DNA of 64,000 nt from Babesia bigemina (Eukaryota). Where the stretch lies: positions 1,488,001-1,552,000 of the forward strand of contig NC_027216.1 in assembly GCF_000981445.1 (NCBI RefSeq). Direction: 5' to 3'. Shown here in pieces: positions 26,229 to 38,305 of this stretch; position 1 is the first letter of the stretch, and each line of letters begins with the position of its first letter. The notes below the pieces were generated by a model. The model had not been told where the DNA came from. It saw nothing but the letters and a program-made list of their open reading frames with translations, and did no database searches. The position numbers and the translations under genes were made by a program.

Positions 26229-27690
26229 ATGGCGGCCTTAAATCGCTGCTTGACATGTAAGCTTCCGGATTTTGGTGACGATGGCTCTGCCAGGTCTGTC
26301 ATCAACAGCGCGAGCAACGTCTGGTGCAATGACATGGACGCGTGGAGTGCCATTTCTTCGGTCGACGAGTTGAAGTCTCTGTTGGACGGTGTGTCTAGTC
26401 GCTTCTTACCTGGAGTAACCACCCTTCAGGTGAGGCCAAGGACTCCTCGGCATCAAAGGAGGCGGAATCATCACGTCCGGAAGTCGCTGTTGCCGATGCC
26501 GAGGCGGCTCTAGAAGCTGCGGACACTTCGGCCACGGTTGCTGCTGAGGCTGCTCCGGCCGACGATGCCACCACCGCGGTGTCAGCTGAGGAAGAGGCCC
26601 GTATCCGGAAGCGCGAGAAGAAGCGACAGTACATGCAGCGCAAGCGGATGAAAATCGAGTCTGGTAAATGGGTGGAGTCAGCAGTAGGTGTGAGTGGTGG
26701 CGTTAAAGAACCGCATCAGCGAAACTTGAGCGTGTACGTTTCCAACCTTCCCGACGACACGACTGCGGCGGAGGTGGCTCAAGTCTTCAGGCGCGCCGGC
26801 GTCATCAAGATCGACCCCCTGACCAGTTAGCGTTGTTGCACAGATCCGTCATTGCCACGTAGCGCTGCCGAAAATAAAGCTTTACACTGACGACGCGGGA
26901 AGGTTCAAAAACGACGCCCGCGTTACCTTCGTGAACAAAGAGTCGGTGGACTTTGCCATACGGTACCTGGACAATTACCACTTTCGGGAGGACTGCGTTA
27001 TTCACGTGGAGGCAGTGAGTTGCGTGTTGGGTGGTGGTCACTGGGTGCCAGGCCCGCTACGATCCGCAGAAGTACAGCGCTAAGTCGACGGTCCCTCTCA
27101 GTGCCGAGGAAATGCGCAAGCGCTACCTCGCAGCCAAGTACGAGCAAGAAAGGTGCGTCTAAATCTTGTGTACCGTCATCACTCGCAGATTGCAAAGTTG
27201 GACGGAGGACATCGACGACGGAAGCGGTCGCAGGATCGTGATCTGCAAACCGATGTTCTCTCAAGAAGATGCATGGGTGGGTTGGTCACGACTGCTTTGA
27301 TAACCGGAATAGGAACATGAGGCGGGGAGCAAGTTTTATGACGACCTGCGCGAGGAGGTCGCCGCGGAGGTCACCAAATTCGTCCCGTTCGACAAGATCA
27401 CGCCAATTCCAAGGCACCCACAGGGGGTGGTATGCGTGAAACTTAAGAACTCTGCGGACGCTGAAATTTTCATTTCGAAGTTTCAAGATCGTGTTTTTGA
27501 TGGCCAGCGGCTGCAGGTGTACTTCTTCGACGGCAAGACCGACCTGCAGGCCCAGGCCCTCCCCAGCAAAACGGCTGCCGAAAACTTCTTCGCCGCCGTG
27601 AAATCCGCTCCTCCCAGCTACGACTCCGTTGCTTGCGATTGGATCGACGATCAGAGCAGCGACGAGGAGTTTGAAGTACAAACCGAGTAA
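26229..27690 (+). CDS. HTATSF1: U2 snRNP-associated factor Tat-SF1/Cus2-like (RRM + UHM), multi-exon
   Basis: NLSVYVSNLPDDTT..EVAQVFRRAGVIKIDP|..KIKLYTDDAGRFKNDARVTFVNKESVDFAI, RIVICKPMF, RHPQGVVCVKL, FQDRVFDGQRLQVYFFDGKT. Confidence 0.85.
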
Positions 27691-27696
27691 TGGTAA

Positions 27697-29042
27697 TCAC
27701 TTCATGGTGCCTTTGTAGAAGTCGGGCCCTTGCTTGGCTAGTTGTACCATCTACGAGCAGTGTGAGGACGTTCGAGCGTGTTGGCCACTGACCTCTTCAT
27801 AGAGCTGATTTAGGTAGTCCCGATCCGTGACCCGGAACTCGTTCATCGGCTTGTCAGTGGGTTCGAACACCGCGTCGATCACCCTTCGCGTCTCCTCTTC
27901 TATTTTTTCCAGCGCAGTATACGGCGTTTTGTTGAGCTTGAGCGGGTCAACCATGTTGTACAGGTCCGCCATTCTGTACTTGTCGTAGATCATGGGTTTG
28001 TGAGGGATATGGACGCCGGGTCCCAGCACCCTGTACGCCGTGCACGGCCCCAGCAGTTTCCACTTGTCGGTGCCGTGCATCCACCTGAACGGCGACCCGG
28101 GGGCGTTCAGCGGCTGTAGCTCCCACGTGAGCGGGTCCACCTCGTTGCCCTGTCTGTCCAGCTGCGACCGTATGCGTCGTGCGGCAGTTGCACCTACCAC
28201 AGTGATCCTTCTTTTGATCCTGTGCAGCGCTTCCGTGACCGAGGGGTTCCTCTGCGACGGCATGTGTTGTTTTGCGGTGGCACATACGTATGACTCCACA
28301 AAGGCTTGGCCGACGAACATGGCCGACCTCATGCGCACGACGCCTTTGAGCTCGTTGAGGACGTACGTCTTGGAGTAGAACATCCTGCCAAGCAGCACCA
28401 GCCTGATGTTGGAGAAGTTCTTCCCGCTGAGCAATACCGTGGCGAACCTGCGGGCCATCAGTGTGCTATTGGATTGACGTACTTCCGATTGTGGACGAAC
28501 GATTCGCCGTCGTCGATATCTACGCTGTCGCCCGCGTCCAGTAAGAACGACCCTTTGCCCGAGTCGGGGTGCTCCGGACCCGTCACGGCGCCGGTGATGT
28601 CGCAGAACAGCACGGACGGCCTGATGTTGACGTTCGGATAAAGGCCGACGGTGTCCTTGAGTGACAACGGGTAGAAAATGCGCCAAGGGCCTGGTATATC
28701 TGCCCTATCCGCCTTCCAACCGTCCAGCTCCTTGATGCCTGCAGTAGGGTCCTGCGATGCTTCGCTGCCATTTTCAGCGTTGCCCTCGTGCTCTGGCTGT
28801 TGCGGTTCCGCCGTAGCCGACACCGTGGTCTTCCTGGCGCTTCTTCCTGACTCCATGAGTTGGATAAGCGGCCTGTGGGTTGCGATAAAACACTGCTGAG
28901 CGCCCCCGGGTGATATTCTAGACGCAGCAAAAGCCGGTGCCAGCATCCCTAGTGGAATCCATCCATTGCCCTGGCGCGGTTCATGTTTTAGAAACAAGAA
29001 CGCTATGATCAGACTCAGTGCGCAGGTTGATAGATTCCCCAT
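27697..29042 (-). CDS. Hypothetical protein with N-terminal signal peptide (possible apicoplast protein), multi-exon
   Basis: MGNLSTCALSLIIAFLFLK is a hydrophobic leader followed by an acid-poor, Ser/Arg-containing stretch. Several ~35-42 nt introns join the coding-like ORFs 28458-29159 and 27751-28686. Last exon MVQLAKQGPDFYKGTMK*. Confidence 0.65.
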
Positions 29043-29415
29043 CCAGCACAGCTTAATGGAAGTCTCGTCTATTAGACCGTAAAGAGGCGCACGTCGATCA
29101 CATCCCGGGGATTCCAGCGATATCGGTATGTTCGACTTCCTCTTGCAGGAATTCCACACGTTTCGACATCCCGTTCAATATACTCACATTTAGACAAAAA
29201 TTACGTTTGGTTGGCGGCTACACTGGGATGAATATGCCCTCTGCCTTCTACGCGGTCATCACCGGCGTTCACATTACATTACGGTGCAGCGGGGTGTTTA
29301 GTGGCCGTAATGCGCATCTATAAACGGGTGTGTATGGAATAACAACGGCGAAATACATCGCTGCCCGAAATGTGTGTTCTTTCTGTCGCCGCCGTTGCCG
29401 TAGAGGTGTCGCAGC

Positions 29416-29937
29416 ATGGAACCTCAACCTTCCTCGGGCTCAACGCAGCAGACATATGAGAATCCTCGTAAACGACGAGGTATTGCGTTCAGCCAGGTCT
29501 CCTCTTCGGCTGTGCAGCATCAGTTACCACCGGCTGCCGTGTTGCGAAATGACGAGCGGCACGGGGATATATCGCAACTGGAAAATACGGAATGCTACAA
29601 AGGCAAGCAGTATACATGCAGCAACAAGCCAGTGAATGACTTGCGATCTGATTTGCAGGTTCATGTAAATTATCCGTGTCATCAAGTTGGTATCACACCA
29701 TCACCAACAAGTGATGCGACCATAAGGATCCCTGCACGCCAACCCTTGAGCTCAACGGCTCACAGGAAGGTTTTAGGGCCATGCGGGCCGCTGCATCGTG
29801 CGGTGCTGCAGGCTGATTCCCATAACCGCGCCCTGGAGAAGGCCGAGATGTGGAAGCGCTACCGCCAGTCCATAAAAACCGTGACTCCCAAGAAACGGGA
29901 CAGAGATACTCTGGACCGCGCACAGGCCAGCCCGTAA
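29416..29937 (+). CDS. Hypothetical protein (173 aa), basic and disordered with a C-terminal helix
   Basis: ATG-initiated ORF filling the gap between two genes, followed by an AT-rich 3' spacer. No recognised domain. Confidence 0.45.
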   Translation: MEPQPSSGSTQQTYENPRKRRGIAFSQVSSSAVQHQLPPAAVLRNDERHGDISQLENTECYKGKQYTCSNKPVNDLRSDLQVHVNYPCHQVGITPSPTSDATIRIPARQPLSSTAHRKVLGPCGPLHRAVLQADSHNRALEKAEMWKRYRQSIKTVTPKKRDRDTLDRAQASP

Positions 29938-29984
29938 AACAACGTATAGTAAAACTTAAAATGTACAGTACTTTGACGTGCACA

Positions 29985-32900
29985 TCTATATCTGCGAGAG
30001 GGTGAATAGCTTGGGCCAGTCGTCCGCGTTTATGCGATAGTAGCATACATGCGCCACGTGGAACTCGAATATCAGGCGCTGCAAAGCGTCTTGTTCCTTG
30101 TCCAAATCGGAGCCATCCCCCGCAGCCAGCAGTATGCACGCCTCCTTCAGCCCTTCCTGCGACCAGGCCTTGTCGCCAAGGCCGAGAAGCGTCTCGCAAT
30201 TTTTGCCGAGCTGGTGCTTGCGACGTATGCTGTTCGGCTGCGAAGCATTTGGGGGTGCAAAGTTAGACTCACATCTAATCCCGATGCATTATCGGGGTTG
30301 CTGCTGACGAGGTCTCTGACCAGCGACTTCAGCACCGCCTCGTCACGTTTTTCGAGGCAGGCGAGGAGCCTTGCGATATGACACGAGCTGCACCAATTGT
30401 CGGGTGTATGCGTAAGGGCCTACTTCGGTATGTGTCCGAGCTTGTAAGCGTCCGCTGAGCGAAGGTCGACGACGAGGCAGCCGTCGAAGACCTCGGCGAA
30501 CTGCTTCAGCGCCAGCTTGAAGCACCGCTGCCGCGGGTACACGTCGGCTCTGAAGGTGAACATGGCGCGTTCGACGTCGACAATCCCATCGACTCCAGCT
30601 TCCGTCGCAACGAACCCGACATCCAACGCGTTGGACTTTTCTGGGATGCTGTCGAACCTTGGTATGCCCTTGGCCCGAGCCGACTCCTTGGGGAAGAGGA
30701 TGTGGTCCCAGATGGTGTACAGGATGATGCACATGGAGTTGAGCATCGGGGCGTTGACCGCCTCGATGAGGCTGGAGATGTACGATATGGCGTTCGGCGC
30801 GGTTGTGGTCTGCAGAATGCCATCTCTGGCGCTGTGCAGCACTCCCACAGCGAGGTACTTGACGTAGTTGCGCGGGAAGTTGAGCATAGTGTCCCACAGC
30901 ACATTCAGCTGCTGAAGCGACGCCGTTTCCGCGAAGAGGCTCATGAACCACAGCAGGGCGAAGGAGTCGGCAAAGGCTCCTACCCGCTGCAGGTGCGCCG
31001 CCACCTCGGGGTCGAAGAAGTTTAGCATCGTATTGAATTCCTCCAGGTCGTTCTGCACGAATGACCCGGAGGGCACGTAGTAGCTTTTTAGGTACTTGTC
31101 GAAAATGTTCATGGCTGCGTCCATGAAGAGTTCGCTGAACTCGTAGTACTGCACAACCAAAGGGCCGAAAGTGACGTACAGAGAGCTGCAAATGCATATT
31201 ACCGTATTAATCAGCTTACCTAGGCAGCGATTCGAGGCCGTGGTCCTGCTGGATTGCGCACCCAACCTTCGCCATGAGTTCGACGCACCTCCTCGAATGC
31301 AAGATGTCGTTGTCAAATCTCTTCAACGCCTTTGTGATCTCTACAGCGACACTCTCCTGCACCGGTTCGTCCATTTCCACGTCTGACATCGGCAGCCCGA
31401 ACGGAGCGTCAAGCCCTAAAAGCACGCACCAAATGTGCTTGCGGCGCATAGGCGGTATATCGAGTTGCGCCTCAGTCGATATCTGGTATTTACTTTCCAG
31501 CCCGTTATGTAGCAGCTTATCGAATCTCCGTAGCCGTATCCATTGGTACAGGAATGAGAACTGCCTTGCGTATGCACATGTTGGCCTGATTTGGTGTTCT
31601 ATGATGATGGGGAAAAGGTCGGCCTTGGCACATATTTTCATAAGTTCATGCAGGGGCACGTTTTGCCTCGAGTATGTAGCACCCTTATCCTTGTTCGAAT
31701 ATTGCGCGTCCTCTACCAGGTCGAGCGGGTCGTTACCCATCAACCTCCACAGGTAGAACAGATCGTCAATGTGCAGCTCCAGCTTGTCCAGCTCCCTGAT
31801 GTTAAGGTACCTCTTCCTGTAGCTGCGATTCAGGAACTCGTTGATTGGTATGCGCAGTCCCAAGCTGTACTTGGCGCCGCCGCGCTGGGCGGATATCAGG
31901 CTCCAACCGAAGGTGTCCTCTCGACTGTCTCGGTATATCCTGCCACCACGTGCCTTGGGTTGCTGGAAGATCAACATATCCATCACAGTTGGCCGCTTTA
32001 TCGGGTCGATTATGAGGCACTGGGTAGCAATGTGGAAAATGGTATAGACCTGCTGAACGGTGGCATTGTTTTCCCGAGTTGGATCGGTTCGCCCTTTTCT
32101 GAGATCAATGCCAACGAAATCCAAGAGGTCTTCGACCACAGATTTGCCTGTGTACCAATTCAATATTTCTCGGACGACGCCGACGATGGTTTTGCGTCGT
32201 GAAGAGTCATCGCCCACTTCAGCGGAATCCTGCGTGTCCTGCGACTCCGTCTCCGTGGTGTTGGATTCGATCGTTCTTTGCCGACCCACGCCACTTTTGG
32301 CCTCATCGGTTAGGTCAAAGTGGACTACAACGGGCGTTGCGGCTGCGTCGTCAAGCATTTTTTGCACCAGTTGGTCGAGTAAATCCTCTCCTGATTGCTG
32401 GGTGTGATCGCCGTCATCTGAGGTACGCGTTTCCGCGCAGGTCCCAACAATGTTGATCCCTACGGCTGATAGATCACCAACTCCAACCAGACGTTCATTT
32501 GCCAAACGTATGAGTGAGCCCGAGACTCTAAATGCATCGTCCTGCAACGATGGCGTGTGAGTGCAGTGAGATATTTTGACCATTTCTTCATACGTCCTGA
32601 CCGCACTGATTTGGGGCTCGACAGCAGAACTGTCTTTACGCGACGTGACTGCGGCTTCTTGGGCTATGATCACGCCAATAATCTGTAAGCATGTCATGCC
32701 CAGGGCCCAAATATCGTTTTTAACTGCTTCCATCCAGGCAGTTGGGCGGCAGGCGCCTGTCAACAATTCTGGAGAGCTGTAGCATCTCATAGACCCGTAA
32801 GAATCCAAGCCGCTAATGTCTGCAGTGTTATCGGTGGACCGCTTAACCACCGTAGCCCCTCCACGAACGGCGGTGCCGCTAGTACCAGCATTCCCGCGGT

Positions 32901-33463
32901 TTGCTTTGACGTTAGACGTTGACGCCACCCTGTGTAGATAGTGCGACGCATAACACCCGATCTTTGCCGTGCCGTCACTGTGGATGTATATGTTGTGCGG
33001 CCCAAGCGCCCCGTGTTCGATGCCATGTGCATGGAGGTACTGTAGTCCGCAAATGATTTGATGCGCAATAGCGTCGAACTTAAGACCACTCGTAACCTCT
33101 TCGCTGACGAATGCATTGCTGCTTTGAGCGTAGCTCCTTATGACGTCGTCCAAAGTCAGCGAGTAGCCTTCAGACACCAGGATGTGCGTGCCCTCGGCCG
33201 TCCTCAGCATGTCCGTGTAGCAGCACACATTAGGATGCCATAGCGTCCTGAGGTAGTGGAACGCTTCCGCAACCACGCCCTTGCCATGGTCACCTGCGAT
33301 ACGGTATGTTTCCGTCAAAAATCACAGTTTCGGTGTGTCGGATACACAGCGACATCATCAAGTCTAGCTTACCTGCCGCGTCGATGCCAGGTCCAGTGAG
33401 CTTGATGTGCTCAAAAACTAGGTTCAATTTCGAAAATTCATTCCAAAATCCGGGCTGATCCAT
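29985..33463 (-). CDS. TBCK: TBCK-like protein: pseudokinase + TBC (Rab-GAP-like) + rhodanese-like domain, multi-exon
   Basis: FHYLRTLWHPNVCCYTDM, GLQYLHAHGIEHGALGPHNI, DIWALG, DLFYLWRLMG, DIPPMRRKHIWCVLLG, FFDPEVAAHL..FALLWFMSLFA..LWDTML, LVVDLRS..YKLGHIP. Domain order is that of TBCK. Confidence 0.85.
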
Positions 33464-33799
33464 AGCTTCCGAGCTTCGTGTCGACACGGGGAGGGCAAGG
33501 CGGATTCCTCTCTCCCTAGCCGTTAACCACGAATGTGTGACATATACGGTGAATAGTATAGTTGCATTGGATACTACGTAGTGTACAAGTGGTTTGTCTG
33601 CAGGTTATTCACTCCCCAATACAGATGTCTATGAGGGTCACGCCACAACACATACATGGCGTCCAATGTGGCCATCGGCGCTTTCCGGTCGACAACAGTT
33701 ACCATGTATGCATTCGTAAACATTCAATGTGTTAAACAGCAATTCAGCGCATTTAGCGTTAATGAGGCATTGCGGGGTTAGGAGAACTCCGCTTGGCAA

Positions 33800-35149
33800 T
33801 CACTTGTCGGAATCGATACGGCACTCAGCCATGGTGGCGTGCAGTTCGTTCATCAGAGAGCCACCCGACGTGAAGTCGGCAGAGCTTTTCTCAGATTTCT
33901 GGGCCTCGAACGTCCCGGAGTGGGTGTTCTGCAGCTTCTCGTCGTACCTGATGGTCGCACTGGACCTGAGCGCCGGCTCATTCTCGAAGGTGCCTGAAAC
34001 CTTTTCGGAGAGAGCTTGGACGGCCGTATCCAACACGTCACTATATCTCACCGAAGCCTTAGACTTCAACTCGGGTTCGTTTTCAAAGACGGCGCTGGCA
34101 GTGGTCGTCATGGAATCCTCGTACTTGACGCTGCCACTTGATTTAAGCTCACCTGAGATTTCATCGATACCGCCGGTGCTGCTGGAGAGCTTCTTAAGCG
34201 TATCACTGCTAGTTACAGTGGCACTGGACTTCTCCTCCGGCGTGTTTTCGTAGGTGCCACTGGATCCGCGCGCGACTGGGTCGCTGTACTTAACCGTCGC
34301 CCTCGACTTCAGCTGGGGCACATTCTCGAACACTTGGCTCTCAGCAGCAGGTGGCTTGTCGCTGTGTCGCACGCTTGCCGACGACCTCTCCTTGGGGGTG
34401 TTTTCGAACATGCCGCTAGAGCATCTCGCGACCTTGTCACTGTGCTTCACATCCGCCATCGATTTCCCTTGCGGGACGTTCTCGAAAGTTCCGCTGGTGA
34501 CCTTCGTGACATTGCCCTCGCTTGACCTGGCATCCGCAGCGCTGGCGGCGACTGGATTGTTCTCGAAAACGGCTTCGGCCTGGCGCAGTGGCAGGGAGTC
34601 GCATGCCCTCGCATCGGCCTTCGAGGTTGCGACGGGCTCGTTCTCGAACACCGAAGGCGCCTCATGGAACGGCACTGCATCGCACGCCCTGATGGTGGCG
34701 GTCGACTTGGCCACTGGGTTATTTTCGAACACAGTCTGAACCTGCTTGGGAGGCACCACCTTGGCGGCCGGGACGGCTGCCTTCGATTCCGTGACAGGTT
34801 TCTTTTCAACCGCCGTTCCAGTTTCAGTTTGCGGACCGGATTCGAAGCAGTTGATTGCAGCCTTTACACACCCGGTGGGAATCCTCTTTAGCGACTCCCG
34901 CGTAGGGGAGCTCGGCGCACTGGACTGTTCATTCGCATCGGCCTGAGACGATTTCGCGTTAGATTCAAAGCACCAGCGGTCATGTCTCTGTGTCGCCGTA
35001 GCGACCATTTTAGACACAGATTTGGTGGAAAGGGTGCTGTCTTTCCTGAGGAATTCAGGCGTTTCAACCTTTTTGGTTTCGGGTTTCGCCTGTTCCTTGG
35101 CGTCTGCGCCCTTTTGCTCAGCCATTTGTTTCACCATGAAATTACCCAT
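33800..35149 (-). CDS. Hypothetical protein with about 11 tandem 26-33 aa FENxP repeats
   Basis: Long ORF with first ATG at 35149 (MGNFMVKQ). Repeats of the form (V/T)FENxPxx(K/R)SxAx(V/I)(R/K)xSD. Confidence 0.8.
   Translation of the reverse strand: MGNFMVKQMAEQKGADAKEQAKPETKKVETPEFLRKDSTLSTKSVSKMVATATQRHDRWCFESNAKSSQADANEQSSAPSSPTRESLKRIPTGCVKAAINCFESGPQTETGTAVEKKPVTESKAAVPAAKVVPPKQVQTVFENNPVAKSTATIRACDAVPFHEAPSVFENEPVATSKADARACDSLPLRQAEAVFENNPVAASAADARSSEGNVTKVTSGTFENVPQGKSMADVKHSDKVARCSSGMFENTPKERSSASVRHSDKPPAAESQVFENVPQLKSRATVKYSDPVARGSSGTYENTPEEKSSATVTSSDTLKKLSSSTGGIDEISGELKSSGSVKYEDSMTTTASAVFENEPELKSKASVRYSDVLDTAVQALSEKVSGTFENEPALRSSATIRYDEKLQNTHSGTFEAQKSEKSSADFTSGGSLMNELHATMAECRIDSDK
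33870..34735 (-). repeat. Degenerate coding tandem repeat, about 78-99 nt unit
   Basis: Recurrent TTCTCGAA/TTTTCGAA (antisense of FEN codons) at roughly 78-99 nt spacing. The protein repeat is visible by eye. Confidence 0.8.
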
Positions 35150-35923
35150 ATAGTAAGCAGGTTCTCGGTCCGTGGGATAGATGACTAGCAGCAATTTCCT
35201 CGGGCTGCTGTAGCGCTACACGCAGAGCGCGCGGGAGTGCGTGGCATGGGAAGCGATACGCGTCCGGCTCTTCGAGCAACCGGACCTACACTTAAGAGAC
35301 GACTTACGTTTATGTCGTCGTGTAGGTGCAGTTGTTTTTATGTATATTTAGGAAGCTGCCTACCTATTGCGTGAAAATTCTTATATGTGTGAGCGCAAAC
35401 ATATATCCGCGACACAATCATGTTGCTTCGGTGTGTATAACGGCGTTTGTCAACATTACAAAGGTATATCGAGCCTCCCGCGATATCTTTCAGTAGGTCC
35501 GGTTAGTGTGTGTCTCGCTTAATTCGGTACCGGTACTGCCATGGGTGCCGATTGAAGCGGTTCAATGAAATGCCTTGTAGGCTACAGGTTTAGCCATTCG
35601 CAGTAACAATTTATGCATTCGTGCCAGCTGATGGAACTAGAACAGGCGTTTGGCCTTCCACACTGTGTTATGCCTTTCTGCGTTCAATCCTATAAGTTCG
35701 CCTTTTGCATTGGCTACTGGTACGGAAAACATTATATATAGCAACCCGTGGGTTACTGTGTAACTCCATGTGCCATTGCTTTTGGGCAATTTTGGTCTGA
35801 CCTGATCACCGCCTGCCGGTGTCTGCCGCCTTTTCTACAGACAGGCGGGGTAGTATCATTATAAGGTTTCTATGAATATTTAAAATATTTCACCACCACC
35901 GTACTGTGGCGTTCCCTGTCACA

Positions 35924-38163
35924 ATGCGTTTGACACAGGGTCATTCGCGCTACAACTTGGCGCTGTGCCGCCGTTTATCGCAATTCTACGGGGAAATCAA
36001 CGATGAGCAACCGTCGCAGGTCCAGCCAAACGATAAAAGCCGCGAAGCTGCTGCGATTCGGCGTTCTGCGGCGGTGGCGCCGAACAGGGACGATGCAGTG
36101 AGCCTCGGCGACCCCTCGCTCTTCTCGGGTTCTTACAGCGACCTCAGCAGCACCCTCAGTGACCGCGTTATCCGGTCACTGTCGAGCTGCGGGTTCGTGC
36201 AGATGACCGTCATCCAGTCGCGAAGCATCCCAAGGATTCTGGACGGCTGTGACGTTCTGATCCGCAGCGCCACTGGATCCGGCAAGACCTTGACCTTCCT
36301 GGTACCGGCTCTACAGCGGCTTGTGTGCCCGAGAAATGGAGCTAAGATCACTCGCCAGGATGGAACATGCGTAAGTGGTGTAGAATGGCAATTTGTCAAC
36401 GCGTATTAGGTTATGATGATATGTCCGACCCGCGAGCTGTCGGTACAAACCAAGGACACGTTCAGCAAATTGGCGCGACCGTTCCCATGGATAGTCGTCG
36501 CAGCGTTGAAGGGTAGGTTGCTCCACAAGTTGCTTTGGCAGTGCTTGCAGGGGGAGACAGCCGCAAATCCGAGAAGGCGCAGATACGCAAGGGGATAACG
36601 GTGGTCATTGGCACGCCGGGGCGTGTCCTTGACCATTGCGAGAGCACGGCCTCCTTTAAAGTGTCAAACATGGACATGTTTGTGCTGGACGAGGCCGACC
36701 GTCTGCTTGACATGGGATTCGAAGTCAAGATCCGCGGCATATACAAGTTCCTCATGAGCTCCAGGGATGTGGAGTCGGCGGGGAAGCTGCAGACGGTCAT
36801 GACGTCGGCTACTCTGACGGATGCGGTGCACAAACTGGCCGACTTCTGCCTGCGCACAAACCGTGAGACCATCGGTGTCGACGACGACTTCCTTGCGATG
36901 CCGTCAACCCTGACGCACGAATACGTGGTGGTTGAGTGCAAGGACAAGCTCATATGCTTGATTTCGCTGCTGCTAAAATACGTCTCAAATGGCGAGAAGG
37001 TACTGATTTTCGTGGCCAACTGTCAGACGGTGGTCTATTTCCACCGGCTGCTGCAGTCGCTGACGTGGCCGACCGTCGCCGGCGCCAAGAAGGGGAAACG
37101 CGACCTCCCGTCCAAGGTTGCCAAGAAGCTGGACAGCTACTCGAACACCATTGATGAGTACGAGCTTATGACCGGCGAGGATGCTAGGCAGTTCAAGGGC
37201 CCAATTGAGGGGCGACCTAAGGGGCTGCCCGTGTTCGGCCAAGTGCCCATTCATATGCTCCATGGCAGCATGGAAGCCAACGATCGGTGGGTTTGCTTCG
37301 TGTTTGATTGCAAATGGTGTTGCAGCGCCGGGTACATGAGCGATTTCATGAGCCAGGAGAGGACAATTATGGTCTCGACCGACGTGGCTTCCAGGGGCCT
37401 TAACCTGTCCAAGGTCGACCGCGTCATCCAGTACGACCCCCCGCAGCAACTGGAGGAGTACATTCACCGTTCAGGTCGCACAGCGCGCTTGGGTGGCAAA
37501 GGAAACGCCATATTGCTGCTCATGCCGCACGAGGTGCACTTCATACAGGCGCTACGCCAGCGGGGCATACACGTCAAGCAGGTGATGGAGGGGCTCGTGT
37601 GGTCCTACATCGAGCAGACCTTCGTGCCCAAGCATCTGCGTAGTTTCAAGGGGTACAACATATCCTTCCTGCGCAACTGCTTCTCCGATCTCGTTTCGGA
37701 CGACCCGGAGCTGCTGTCGCACGCTCAGAACGCGTTCCGCGCCGCGGTGCAGTCGTACAAAAGTTACGCGCGCGAACTGAGGCGCACTTTCGATTTTAAG
37801 AAGCTCCACCTTGGCCACTACGCGGCGGCGTACTGTCTGAAGCAGCGCCCTGGCGACCTTTTGCCAGATCGCCGCCAAAGCGCTGCTCCCGGCACAGCTG
37901 CCGCAGGTCACTCAGCCGCTAAGGGCAAGGGCGCAAATGCACGAGCTGGAGGGAAAACGCATACACCAAAACCGGCTCCAACTCGTGTCAACAAGGGAAT
38001 GGGTCGCGTTTCCCAAACCACGCGTACCATTAAAAAGGTCTCCAAACCGTCAAAGCCGCCGGCAAGGACAGCCAAAACGGCACCGCTATCAAGCGCGGCA
38101 TCCCAGGCTGCGCTCAAGGCGATCGAGTACCTGAAGTCGCGCAACGAAGTGCTTACGCGCTAA
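35924..38163 (+). CDS. DBP7: DEAD-box RNA helicase Dbp7/DDX31, multi-exon
   Basis: Q motif [96 protein letters not shown]. Confidence 0.93.
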
Positions 38164-38305
38164 ACACGCTCCTCATAATGCAGTTGTGTCTGTGATTAGT
38201 GCACTTCACCCAGTAGAGGTATATATTGACAGGGCTGTTCCTACATTGCCGCCACTTTTCTGGCCAGCGTTTTTGTAGTGTTGTGTAGTGTAGTGTAATG
38301 TGTGG

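Noticed and set aside
38275..38304. Short (GTAGT/GTGT)n-like run between Dbp7 and Nse4
   Set aside because: A low-complexity 3' spacer with too few units; not telomeric or CRISPR-like.
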